Origin: the human T2T-CHM13v2.0 reference genome, Homo sapiens
Length of the DNA stretch: 64,000 nt
Direction: 5' to 3' (one strand)
Assembly: GCF_009914755.1 (NCBI RefSeq)
Contig: NC_060930.1
Shown here in pieces: positions 13,851 through 27,800 of this stretch. Position numbers and translations under genes: made by a program. Under the pieces are notes generated by a model. The model was given only the letters and a program-made list of their open reading frames with translations, had not been told where the DNA came from and made no database searches. Within the stretch, counting starts at the first letter, position 1. Each line of letters begins with the position of its first letter.

Positions 13851-15356
13851 TCATCTTAGAGGACTGTTGGGAGGTGAAATGAGGTCATGTGTGGAGCGTG
13901 CTTAGCACAGTGTCTGATGCATGGGTGGTTCTTCTTTAAGCAAGACCCAGCTTCAGTTTGCCTTCAGCTGCCTGGCTCCAGGGACTTCCTGCTGCCTAAC
14001 AACCTTGAGAGAGGTCCTGGGGGCTGGAGAGCCATGGCTCAAGAGCAGAGGGGACTGGAGGAGAGAAGACCCTAGGGCACATGGTGAAGACCAGAAAGAA
14101 GAGGGGGTGCAGGAGAACCAGGAAGGAGCTGGGGCCTGGGGCCCAGGCCTGGCATAGAATTACAAGGATGAGGAAGTGTGTGAGCCCCACTCCATGGACC
14201 CAGCCAGATGCCACACACAATAAGGGATGTATAAAGACACTCTTATCTTCACTTATTTCTACTCTACATTCATTGCCTCTGACATTTGGAGCACTGCTTT
14301 CTCTCAAAAACAAAATAGGACTGTTGTGGGAATCAGAGATACATATTAAAAGTGCCTGGTGAACAGTTGATGCTCAACAGGTGGCAGCTATTTTCAATGT
14401 GAGTCTACCTGGGCTTTAACTTCCCTCCTTCATATCCCACCTCACCCTCCAGTGCCAGCAGCTGAGACTCCAAGCCCCAGGTCTTCCAGGTTCCATGGGG
14501 AAGGAATACATCCTCTGCTAAGCACAGAGTTCTGAAGACATCCTAAGTCAACAAGCAGAAAGGGAGCCAGAGTAGAGATGAGAAGAATGGGGAGCACAGC
14601 CCTCTGAGAGAAGGGGATGGCTCTGAGGGAATGAGAGTCTTCCTTGTCCCATTTTCTACCCAGGTTTCCCCCTTGACCCTAGCTAGCTCTTTCCTTGCGA
14701 TCACTGAAGACACAGTTATTACATATGTCCTACAACATGCAGCTGATACCTGCAGGACACCAACTTGCCCTAAAGCGTTAGGCTATTTTTTGTTTTTTAA
14801 ACTTTGCTCTAAAGTATCAAATCATAATCAAATCAATATGCATGTACTGTGCAGCTACCTTGCAAAAGAAATTAAGCTGGATGCAATGAGAAATCCCCAA
14901 ATGACTGAAATTGTGGGTCCCTAAATTAAGGAGTTTATTATCTAGTTGGAGAAATGAGGCATAAAATGGCTAAACAGTTAACAAACAATAGGGTTTGTTA
15001 AAAGTTACTGGGAGCTTATTAAATAAGTTAGCTAACAACACATTATAACATCAATGACATAGGAGTGCTAAAGAGCACCTGGAAAGAGGCAGAAGTGGGC
15101 TGGGTTAATCAAGAAAGAATAACAGTAGCTATAGTCTATCCAATGCCTAAACTGAGAAGAATCCTACATGAGCCATACTTGTCCTCACGACCTCTCTGCC
15201 AGAGTCTCATTTTTCTTCCCATCTTGCAGTTGAGTAAACTAAGGTTAAGCCCCTTGCTTCAGGATTTGGGGCTAGAAAAGTGACAGAATTGAGACTTAAA
15301 TCCAAAAGTCTTCAAGTGGATGGAAAATGTGGGATAGCTCTTAAAAGATAAGGAAG

Positions 15357-15642
15357 GGCCGGACGAGGTGGCTTGCACCTGCAATCCCAGCACTTTGGGA
15401 GGCTGAGGCAGGAGAATTATTTGAGTCCAGGAGTTTGAGACGAACCTGCGCAACACAGAGACCCCTTCTCTACCCGGGCATGGTAGCTCACACCTGTGGT
15501 CACAGTTAATCGGAAGGCTGAAGTGGGAGGATCAGTTGAGCCCAGGAGGTTGATCACAGTGAGCTGTGATTGCACCTCTGCACGCCAGCCTGGGCAACAA
15601 CGCGGAAGCTCCGTGTCCAAAAAAAAAAAAAAAAAAAAAAAA
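15357..15642 (+). mobile_element. AluJ-like with shortened linker
   Basis: TSD aaaagat(a/g)aggaag; long A tail. Confidence 0.9.
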
Positions 15643-16989
15643 GATGAGGAAGAACTAAATGAAGGAAAAAGGAATTCTTTTCTCTGTGCCCACTCCTGGG
15701 GCTTCTGCTACCCTCATGCATCCTCCACCCCATCCCCACCCCCATGGGTGGGGTGCATGGGGGAGGGATAAGGCACTGGGTCTGCTCTCTTGGCCCCTCT
15801 CTGTGTGTCCTGCTCTCTTCCTGCACAGAAATCCCTCCATGTAGGGATCTCATTTGACCTAAAGATGCTGTGTTCCAACTAGTGGGAAATTGCTCACTGC
15901 TTGTCAAGCTATCGCTTATTTCCTGATCTTTAATGACTGATTTTCCACCAATCAGCCCAAAGTCCCATGCCCACCACCTTTTGGACAAGGCCTGAGTCTC
16001 TGACTCCCTAAACGTCCCAGAAGGAACTCCAAATACCTCCAAGGGCCCAGGCACCCGGTCAGCCTGGCACCTAGAAGGACAAGCCAGCCTCGCCCCAGTC
16101 CTGGGGGCCCTCTCCTCCACAGCCCCTGGCACAGCTACCCACACTACCATGGTCATCTACTTGGGGCAATATGGTAAACTGATAAGCCTCCCCCAGAGGT
16201 AGGAGCCCCGCTTAAAACCGAGGAAGCCTAGAGAGTGCCTTGAAGGTTCCTGGCACGGTTCATTAAGATGTCAACCCCTAATGAAATATTTCTTTCTTTA
16301 AATCATCATTGATCTTGGGGAAGAGGAGCCTTTGTGGAAAAGGAAAAGGCTGTCCCTCTCCTATCCCTCCCTCACCTCCAATCGGCACAGATCCTAGGTC
16401 TTTCCCAGTCAGAAAGATTGGGAAGCAGGGAATGGAGGAACAGTGGGGAGATGGGAAAGGGAAAAGATTATGGAGCAGAAGAACCACAGGGGGAAGGAGA
16501 GGCACAGTGGGGAGGGAGGTCACAGAAGGAAGCCTACTGCAGCAAGGAGACCATAATACCCAAATATCCACTACAATCGAACTGCCCCATCAGTGGGAGG
16601 CTGGGTAACAAAACAAGATGGGACACACTGATATGGTAGAATCCTCTCCAGCAGCCTCTTAAGTAAGTGACCTAGAGACACACACAACACATGCAACAAA
16701 CATGTAGACATTCATCTCGGCAGCATGAAGTTCAGCAAAACACAAGTAAAAACAAGGAGCAGGCTACCTTTCATTTAAAATTTTAATTGCTTGATACTTT
16801 ACTATGCCCCAAAAGTGAATAAAAATAAATAACTAAAACAAAAGAAAATTTTGAGATACCCAAGCAATACCAAAGGAGTAAGAGTAGAAAACTTACTTGG
16901 GAAGGCCAACTTCAGAAAACCACAAGGGAAGGATGGAGAATGGGAAAGAAGGAGAGTCACAGAAAGGCCTATATTAGCAATGATTTTTA

Positions 16990-17841
<852 letters not shown>

Positions 17842-17843
17842 TA

Positions 17844-18213
<370 letters not shown>

Positions 18214-19709
18214 CTAGATGTACACACCACTACCACCCCAACCTACTCCTGAGTATCAGGCCTGCTGCTAGGAACAAGCTCATCCATCAGCCCACTTCAC
18301 CTCCACAATAGGGTGGCGGCTGACCTTGGGAAAGGGCGTCTGCTTCAAAGCAGGAGACCTGGGAGCAAGTCCTCGCCACACTACTTCCTAGCTATGTGAA
18401 CTGAGCAAGTCATTTGACCTCTCTTAGCTTCACCTGCAGAAGAGTCACCATTGCTGGGGTGATAAGCTGAACAGCACGTTATTCGACTGCCTGGCAAGCA
18501 TTTAATAAGTGGCAACTCATGATTTGCAGTTTTGTGAGGTCAGCATTCGTCATTTTAAGTGAGGACCCTGGAGCTCATCAAGGGGAAAATAAGTAATTAT
18601 GGAAAGCATGTGAGGAACACATTACCAGGCTAGAAGTTTTGCCCATCCTCCCTCCCAAACACCCAAGGAGGCCTCCCAACCTCCCAATTGATGAGTGAGG
18701 TGATGAGTGAGTTAACTGAGACTCAAACATCATGTAACTTGCCTGGGTCACACACTGGTTAAGTGACAGACGCTGAAGTTCAACCCAAGGCTGCCTGACT
18801 CTAGCCCCTGTGCTCTTAACTATGGCCCCCCTGGAGGGGCCAAGCCATGAGCCTTGGTTCCGGCCACCGCCAAAGCACCTGCACCTGCCCTGAGTCCTGT
18901 GAAGGAACAAGGACAGAAAGAGGACCCTCCTGCCTGCTCCTGGTCACTCCCACTTTGGAGCCAAGGGCTACTCTTTTCAACCTTCTTAACGAAGCTCTTG
19001 CACCAGGAAGAAGGGCTTTGGACTGGCTTCTTTGATTTCGGGGCATTTGTTCTGTATCTTTCTTTGGGGAGGCTTTGTCTTCCTCGCTAAAATGCCCTTT
19101 AGGTGAAGACAAGACAGGGTCTTTTGATGCCTTGAGCCCCCACTGTAGCTCACAGGGAGCTGGGAACTGAACTGGCCTGGAGATGAGGGGTAAACTGAAC
19201 TGAAAGTGAAGCATTTCCCAGGGCAATCCCTCTGGGCAAGTGAGCCTATGTGTAAGGTACAAGGGCTGCTGCAGGAAGGGGATGGGAAAAACATTCAGTG
19301 AACCAGCCAGAAAAGGGCTGGAGAAGCCCCTCGGAGGTCACCTCATTCAATACCCCCCTACAGAAATTCTCTCTTTTGTCTCCAAAGCCCCTAGTTCTCA
19401 CCCCACCCTCAGCCTTTGCTGCAAGAAGGATAGGAAGGAGAACTGAGGACATAGTCACTGGCCCAGCTGGTCTGACACAAGGACTTGCCACTCCAGGCTT
19501 GGCCTAGGGCTGTCCACACACCATGATTTCCACCAGAGCTGGGCCTCAACAGAAGGTAAATCAGATAGTACTACCAAGGGCTTTCTTTCTCCCAGAATAT
19601 CCTTCCCCTCAGCTAACCCACAAGCAGGCAGTGTCGCTTCAGAGACCACCATGAGCTTCTTTCTTGTCCTCACTGAAGTGGCTCTAGTTGGAATCTGGCT
19701 CATCACTGA

Positions 19710-19870
19710 CCAGCAGCTGTGTAAGCCTGGGCAAGTTACTTGATCTCTTTGTGCCTCATTTTCCTCTTCTATAAAATGGAGATAATACAAATATCTCCCT
19801 CCTGGGGTTACTGTGAAGATTAAATGGCTGGTGGGTGGTACGACTCAGATGTTAGCTGTTATTTTATTCT
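19710..19870. mobile_element. MIR
   Basis: ctgggcaagttacttgatctctttgtgcctcattttcctcttctataaaatggagataata. Confidence 0.75.
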
Positions 19871-21708
19871 TATGGCTATGGTTATCTCAGTTGCCACACT
19901 GGAAAGGACACTGAGATATCCACATAAATGGCACTTAGAGTCTTCCCTGCACAATTTCACACCTAGAAATCTAAAACCCTCCAGCAGGACCTAAGTATGC
20001 CTGTCCCACCTGCCCAAAAAGGCAAATACATAAAATGTGGACCTGTGCAGGTGTCACTAACATTGCAGAAAAGGGACAGAAGTGATGAAAAACAACCCAA
20101 GAGGGTGCCTCCTCTCTGAGGTCCCCTTTTCTTTCAAGGACCACTGGAACGGCCAAGAAATCCCCTCCCCCCAGGCAACTAAGCATCAATCCTTGCAGCT
20201 CCGACCCCACACCTCAGGCTTCCAGCTCCCACTCCACAGGGGCTCACATACTATGCCAGCCTCTTGTCCACCTGCCTGAGGATTTAGGGCCAGGAGAGGC
20301 TTCAAGAGCCACTGTCTTCTTGTCCTGATCCCACAACAGGATCCTCCCTTGGTCATGGGGACCCGGCATCACTGAGCTGGGTTGGGGTACTTCATGAGGA
20401 CCCCTGAGGCCTCCTTCACTTCTCCCCACCCCCAACACATGCAGACAGATGGGAGATGTTTCCGGCGTGTGTGGGGCGGGGAGGGGGACGGGTATTGAGA
20501 TTTCCACGGGACTCTGAGTGGTGCGTCTGCTAACAACACAGCCCTCCCCCTTGGGCCGTGGGCATTTCCTCACCCAGACCTCCCCCTCCCAACCCAAACA
20601 CACCATCGCCGCCACCACCACAATCCCTCCAGTCCCCCTGGGCAAAAGCGATGTTCAGAGACGCGGGGTTTTGTTTACAATCTAATTTGTCCGGATAATT
20701 GCCTCAACTTTGCACTTCACTTTGCCCGCATGGCTCTGGCCTTGGGCCCCTTCTTCACTGGTTCGCAGAGCACTTTACGGGAAATTCCCTTTCCGCAGAG
20801 GGAGGCAGTGCGCGCCAGGGGGTGACCGTTCACAAAGCCCTGAAGGGGCCTCCCCACCTTCTACCCTCGGCTCAGGAAGCCCACCCCCAGCCCCCACGCA
20901 GTGGGGAGCAGGAGGGAGGCCAGACAGGGCCCGGGCCTGACACTGGCTCCGTCTCTGGGCCCCCGGCCACTCCCCGCGCCGAGCGCAGCCCGCCGGGAAC
21001 CAGTGAACCGTGTGGGATCAGGACTTGGCCGTACCTCCAGACTCCAGGGGATGGCCGGGGTTTGCAAGCGCCCCATAGGATTAGTCCGAGGCCAGGGTGA
21101 ATCCCTGGGGTCCCTCCACCTACCATCTTTTTCAGATCTGCCGCCTCACGTCTTCTCCCCACGTTCCCATTTTTCCTCCCCTAAAGTTTGGTGCACGTGG
21201 TTTTCTCTCGCTCTCAGCGGGCTGCCAGGCGGGGTGAAAGTTGCTGCACCTGCTTTAGGCGAATTATGGTAGCACTAGAAGTTGGTCTCCCCTCCCTCCG
21301 CCGCTTGCTCTCTCGCTCCCTCCTCCCTCGCTCTCCGCGCGCTCCCTCCTTCCCTCTCCACCCTCCTCCTCCCCCGCCCCCTCCCGCCCCGCCCGCGCGC
21401 CGCCCGCTCGCAGCCACTCGCAGCCCAGGCTCAGTCGCAGCCCCTCGGAGTCCGGAGCCCGCCGTCCCTGCGGACCGGACAGTGCGGCCGGCGGCCGGCG
21501 GCCGGGACGGAGCCCCCAGCCCGCGAGGAGGGCGCGGCGCAGGCGGCGGCGGCGCGGCGGGGAGGAGCCCGGGCCGGAACCAGGGCTGGGCCGGGGGCGG
21601 GGACGCCGGGGTCCGGGAGCCCGGGAGCCGGAGCGAGCTGACGAGCGTCGCGGAAGGACCGGGAAGGAGGAGCGGAGCCGGAGCGAGCCAAGCAGCCCAC
21701 AAAGTGCG

Positions 21709-21726
21709 ATGCCCCGGCGGGGTTGA
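21709..21726 (+). other. uORF1 in the FOXP4 5'UTR, MPRRG*
   Basis: ATG CCC CGG CGG GGT TGA; G at -3. Confidence 0.7.
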
Positions 21727-21847
21727 GGCGCGCGGCGGTCGGCCCGGCGCGCTGGGAGGACGCCCGGGAGCTGCGCGACGCGGGGCGGCGCGGAAGGGCA
21801 GCCCCGGCGGGCGGCGGCGGGCCCGGGCTGCGACCGGAGCGAGCCCC

Positions 21848-21865
21848 ATGCCCCGCGCGGGCTGA
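21848..21865 (+). other. uORF2 in the FOXP4 5'UTR, MPRAG*
   Basis: ATG CCC CGC GCG GGC TGA; weak context (C at -3). Confidence 0.7.
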
Positions 21866-24800
21866 CGGGCCGGAGCCCGCACGGAGCGGCCGGGCGGGAC
21901 AGGTAGGTGGCGGGTCGGGCCCAGGGACGTGGGTGGGGGCTGGGCGGGCGACCAGACCAACTCCCTCGCTCGCGCACTCTCTCGCCCGCTCGCTGGCTCA
22001 CTTTGTGTTTGCAAACTGCCCGCCCGAGACGCGCTGGGCGCCGGGCGCCAGGAGGAGCCGGGCCCGGGCCGGCGCACTTTGTTCCAGCCAGGGCCGGCCG
22101 TGGCGCACTGACCCCGCGCAGCCGCGACATTCCGCCCCTGGCCCGGGCCCCAGCGGGCCGGAGCTGCCTCGGGAACAGGTGGGGGCTGTGGCGCGGCGGG
22201 AGTGGGGGCAGCCGGAGGCCGGGGCGGGGAGGGGGGCGGCCGGAGAGGCCACCGAGGCCCGCCCTTCCCCAAGAATCTGGGCCCCGCCCCCTCCCCGCCG
22301 GGCCTCTGGGAATGGGGTGTACGGGGGCGCGACCCCCTCCCCGCCCCGAGTCAGACAAAGAATACTTCCCGGCCCAGACTTTCCAGAGCTGGGAAGGGAA
22401 GTGGCTCCCCCCAACTCTAGTCGGTACCGGACTCCCCAGGACGCGCCGGAGACAGATGAAAATGGGGGCAAGAGAGCGGGGGATCGCGGTCCTACCCGCC
22501 GTGTCGTCTCTGGTGAAGAGAGGACTTGTCTTGCTGAGGTCGCACCTCGGAAGTGCCAGGGCCAGTCAGCCCCTTTTCCATCGCTCGGTCAGCTCGGGGA
22601 TAGAGCGGAAAACTTCTTGGGGACTTGAGAGCGTCTGGAAATGGCCCCTGTGATTTGTGCGCCGGAGGTGGAGGGTGGGGAAACGATCTGGCTGACACCT
22701 CTACTCACCCGCTGTGGAGAGAGCTCCCGCTTCACCACTTAAGGGGGGAAGAGAGGGCGGCCACGGGGGCCCGGAGGCCACCAGGGAAGGAGCCCGGAGT
22801 GACCGAGCAGGACCCCCCCCCGCCCCAACTGAGGAGTCTGGTATCTCCCCTGGACAACCCCAGCACCTCTCTGACCGGCGGCGCTTCAGCCTCGGGCTCC
22901 TCATCCACGCCAAACAAACTTCCTTGGGCTGCGTCAGAGCACAGCCAGTGGCGCTAGAATGCGACCTGGGGTCCCGGCCGCCCCCATAAAGGACCGGGTA
23001 ATTTCGCGGAATGCGGATTTTGAGACAGGCCCAGACGGCGGCGGATTCCCTGTGTCCCCCAACTGGGGCGATCTCGTGAACACACCTGCGTCCCACCCCG
23101 ATCCTAGGTTGGGGGGAAAGGGTATGGGAACCCTGAGCCCAGAGCGCGCCCCGCTCTTTCCTTTGCTCCCCGGCTTCCCTGGCCAGCCCCCTCCCGGCTG
23201 GTTTCCTCGCTCACTCGGCGCCTGGCGTTTCGGGCGTCTGGAGATCACCGCGTGTCTGGCACCCCAACGTCTAGTCTCCCCGCAGGTTGACCGCGGCGCC
23301 TGGAGCCGGGAATAGGGGTGGGGAGTCCGGAGAACCAAACCCGAGCCTGAAGTTGCCATTCGGGTGACTCCCGAGAAAGCCCGGGAGCATTTTGGCCAAT
23401 GCGGGTTTTTACCTGAACTTCAGCATCTTCACCCCGGTTTCGGAGACCTGCCTAGATTCGTCCCAGCACGCACTGTTTCGGGTTCGGGATTGAGGGTTAG
23501 GGCAGCACACACAGCTTGAGGGGCAATTGTTAGGACTGGCCCGAGTGCCCGCAGAAAGAAAGAGCAGCGGGGTTGTCGTATGGCCTGTAGCTGCGGGAAG
23601 GTCTGTGCCGGTCCCACTGTCGAACCCAGAAGCTCACTTTCCACAGAGAACCAGGGCTGAAGGGCCCCCTGACCGCCATGCCCTGCGGGCACCGGGCATT
23701 TTGAGCTCTCCCCCACCCCCTCCCCCTGCTGCGAACCAGCCGGTAGGTGCAGGGGCCGAAGGCCAGGCCCAGTGGACCCAGCCGCCTGAAGGGGAGCCAC
23801 GGCCTCAGAAAACCTCTGCCCGCCCCCGCGGAAAACCGCTGTGGGGAAGTCTGAAGGCCTTTTTTTTTTTTTTTTTCAACTTGAGAAACTTTTGCCTCGG
23901 GGTTTTGGGGCTCTGTTACCTGGTGGCTGGAGGGAGGATACTGGGGCTCTGCTCTTGGTACCTGGACAGCTTGTTGGCTCCCATGGTGCCCTTTCGATCT
24001 GAAACTCAAAAAACTGTGAGTTGGGGGAGTCACTCACACTCTAGTCAGTGGGGCAAGGTGGCAAGGGGAAGAGGTGGTTTTGTGGTTGCCCCCTCTCAGC
24101 CTCCACACCCAGGGCCAGGGTGAGCGCTGAATCTCTCCTGCGGGACGGGACCCTCAGGACCCACTTTATCCTGGCTCCAGCCTTGCTACTAAGTTTGGGA
24201 GACCATGGGAGCCTTCTCTCCTGGCACCAAGGGCTGGGCGCCTGGGTGGAGTTTTCTGTCCTTCTCCCTGTCCTGGACAGGTTTCCCAGGAGTTACGGAG
24301 TTGGGGAACCCCTGAGCCCTGGAGAGAGAAAGACCTGACCCCAGTGCTGGAGAACGCCAGGGCCAGAGCATTTGCAAAGGGTCCCACTTGCAAAGGGACC
24401 TGCTCCTGTCCCTTTCTGTGTAGGGATCTTCCTCACACCTAGACGCCCCCAGCCCCCTTCCTCTGCCTTTAGAGCCGAAAACTTCCGTTCTGGCTGTAGG
24501 CAGGTAGGTCCCTTCTTGCCAGGAATGTGCATATCCTGCTGGGCCCCTACCCCAAACATACCTCTTCCTTGGTGGGAGGGAAGCAGAGGGACTGGGAGAG
24601 GAAGGCTTGCTTTTGATCCAGTAATTCCCCCAAATGTTTGCTGAGCCCCTACTCTGCCTGGGCAGGTCCCAGGCTGAGTACTGGGGTACCCAAGCAGTGA
24701 AGGCTGGGGTCTGCTGTCTGGACCTCAGATTGTTGGGGTAGGAGAGACAGATATCACATGGTGGGGGGGAGGGTGGGGGGGAGAAGAATGGGAACAGGGT

Positions 24801-27800
24801 GTCTGTTTCAGAGGAGAGTTGTGAGGTGCAAGGGGAGGGAAGGGTTGTCTCCCCAGAAAGCCTTCCCTGCATCTTAACCCTTCCTACCCCACTGCCTTGG
24901 CGGTTTCCTGTCTCTCCAGCCACAGTGCAAGCCCCCCAGTCCCATCCTAAGCAGGCACAATGTCTTTATTTTTTGAATAGCCTAAACTGTGTGAAATAAT
25001 AATTTCTTCCATCCAAGAAACTCCTCACAGTTTCCCTTCTCACAGATCTTACCACGCTCCAGCTTCCCTAGACCAAGGCAGGGCAGGTACTATTTTTGAC
25101 AGGACTCTCAGGCTCCGTTGGCTGGAATGACCTCCTCAGATTTGGTTCCAGAACTCTGGAACCCAGAGCAAGGAACTGAGGCCTCCCCAGGGCAGAACAT
25201 GTGTCAGAGTGGAAAAGGCTTTGGAACTTGGCATTAGAGATGGGACTCTGGAGAACTTAATTAAGCTCTTCGAACCTCAATTTTCTTACATTGTAAAGTA
25301 GGTCATAATACCCACCTTAGAGATTCTGTTTGGGAGTTAGATGAGAGAGCAGATGTCAAGTACCTTGCACGGTGCCGGGTGCATGGTAGTACTGATCAAG
25401 GGATGGCGTTTATTATTAATTTGCTAGCACTGCCAGGCCACATGTTGGTTGAATATGGAAATACTGAAGTATTAATCTTCATTTTATGGGTTGGGAAAAC
25501 GAAGTCCAGAGAGAAGAGGCAACTTGTCCAAGGTTACACAGCTACATGGTAGCACAGCTGGAACTAAAATATGGGGCCCTCGACTCCCAGTATAACCAGT
25601 AGGGCTTGAGCGTGTGCTGTGGTGAAGGGAGAAAGGAAGGGATGGGAGGAGCTGCCATTCCTCCCTCCTTCCTCCATAAGCTTGGCCTAGGCCGCCTGCC
25701 TTCTAGTGTGAATACTTTCTCTTTTCCCTTTAAGTGGAGAGGGGGACTGTAGGTGCAGAATCTGGTGTTTCCACCTGCACACAACCCTGGAGCATTCCCC
25801 AGGCACTCCTAAGGTTCTTGTGAGACACACATAAATGGGAGAGAGAATTCCCCAGAATGCAGAGGAGGAAAAATGACTGATAACCCCTCTCTCCAGAAAG
25901 GGAGATTTCTAGGGTTTGGAAACCCTAGCCTACACGTCCTTATGGAAGATTTTGGCAGCAAGTCTCAGACCAGTTTGGGACCTATCACTGAATGGATCAT
26001 CTCAAAGAAGCAAAAGGAAACTCCCCTTGAGCCTGAAGTTATTGGCTCCCTTCAGCGTTGCCTCCCAGGATTCTCTGTGGAAATACACACCTTCAGTCCG
26101 CTGCCAGTTCCACCAAGCCGGGATCACAGCGGGAACCCTCTTTCCTCTGAATTCTGCCACTTTGGATGCTGTGGTCTTGTGAGATGTTGCTCCTGGGCCC
26201 TTGCAGAGCCTGGACGCAGGGCACACCTGCCTGATCTAGAAAACAAGAGCTCCTGGCACAAAAGGTACACATCTGGACAGGGCCGCAGGTGTTGGACCGT
26301 GGAGTCACTGTTGCTGTGGTGTGTCGCCCGGGCTGGACATGCCTGGGCCTGGCGAATGCCCTCCTTGCCTTGATCCTGGTCCCAGGATCCCTCTTGAGAT
26401 CAGGGTCTTTTCCCGGCTGTCCCTCTGGCACAGCCCTGCACCTTCCTTCTCTCCTGTCTGGATGGTAGCCATACAGCCGCCTGTTCCCTGAATCCCAGCT
26501 GCTCTGCCCACCTCCCTGGGCCCCATGCTCTGGCCAACTGGAGCCTCCACAGCCAGGCCTGATGGTGGGTGGAGCCAGTTGATAGTGCAAGATAGAGGTA
26601 AATGGTGTTTCCTTTCCTGCTGCAGTTCTGATGGTCTGTGACCCAGGCTACCATGTAAATGGAAAATGGGGCGACATAGTGGGTTTTCCTCAGACTAACA
26701 GTATGTAGAATAGAGACCATCCGGCATTTGTTCAAGGTAGGCAGGACTGGTGGGAGCAGAAGTTACTCAAGTAGCAGCAAAGGGGTGGCAAAATGATGGC
26801 GACTTGAAGGTAGGATGGCTTAGGGAATGGAGCCAGGGACTCAGTAGTTGTATCCATCCTACGAACACACTGTGGAGCGCCTACTGTGTGCTGGAGGCCA
26901 GGCTGGTGAAGGGCAGCAGGAGGGACCCGGAGAAGGGGTGGCTCACGTGCAACTTGGAAAATCAGAAATAGAACAAGGGCCGGAGCACAGATCTGTGGGC
27001 ACTGGCCACCTGAGCCAGCGTGGGTCCTGAAACCCCCAGCTGAGACAGGACATGTGTGCCACCCAGAGAGCCCTTAGGAGGGCCTCCCCGTGTGAAATGA
27101 AACCAGGGGGTGGGAGGTTGGGGTAGCTTCCGTTCTCATCTCCTCAGCGGGGCTTCCTTGGATTCCATTCCCGGCTGGCTTTACGTTTCTAGGAGAACAT
27201 TTCTATGGAGACCCAGGCCTAAAGAAGTTGCTTCAAAAGAGGGTGGCGGTGTACTTCCTCCTTTCCTTTGGGGTTCCCCTGCAGATGCACATCCGCATCC
27301 TGGAAGGAAGGGGTACACTAGGGAGAGTTTTGGGGAGATATGAAACATCAGGATTTGTGGGAGACCCAGCGAGAGGCTGCGGCTGTAAGCACTCAGGGAG
27401 CAAAGCGCCAGGCTTTTTGAGGCTGCGTCTCTGGATGGGAGCTGGAGAAGCTGGATGGTCAGGCCATGCTGAGGGTGTAGAGTTGGTCCACTGAGAGAAT
27501 CCCTCCTTCAGGAAGCCTCTGAGCTTTCTTTCCCAGAGAGCCAGAGCTACCTGTTTCCCCTCCCCAGCTGAGCGCTCGCTTTGGATTGTTCCCTCAGTGA
27601 GTTTTTACCTTTTTAACTGAGCGCATCAGTTCCAGTTGCTGGAAGCTCCTGCATGTCTGAGACCTGAGCACAGGGATATAACACAAGGGGTTTTCGGCAC
27701 TCACCAGACGCAGAGAAAAGAACTGCAGCTGGGCTAGCTCGGGCCGGCAGCTGGGGATCCGGAAACACTGGAAGAGGGGACGGCTCAGGCAGCATGGCAG

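Larger units (their letters stand above)
21416..21902 (+). other. FOXP4: FOXP4 exon 1 (non-coding 5'UTR); TSS approximate
   Basis: Strong donor GGACAG|GTAGGT at 21902/21903 inside the CpG island. GC boxes lie upstream (21372-21407), with Inr-like CCACTC (21414-21419) and TCAGTC (21431-21436). Joins the exon 2 acceptor at 40771. The 5' end is inferred. Confidence 0.75.
20650..23830. promoter_or_regulatory. Promoter CpG island (TATA-less, GC-box rich, probably bidirectional)
   Basis: Very high GC and CpG density, peaking at 21290-22350; multiple CCCCGCCCC/GGGCGG boxes. Confidence 0.93.

Noticed and set aside
21188-22653. Long overlapping ORFs (225-364 aa) on both strands of the CpG island
   Set aside because: Stop-codon scarcity in very GC-rich DNA; low-complexity Pro/Arg/Gly/Ala products, many with non-ATG starts, and no recognisable domain
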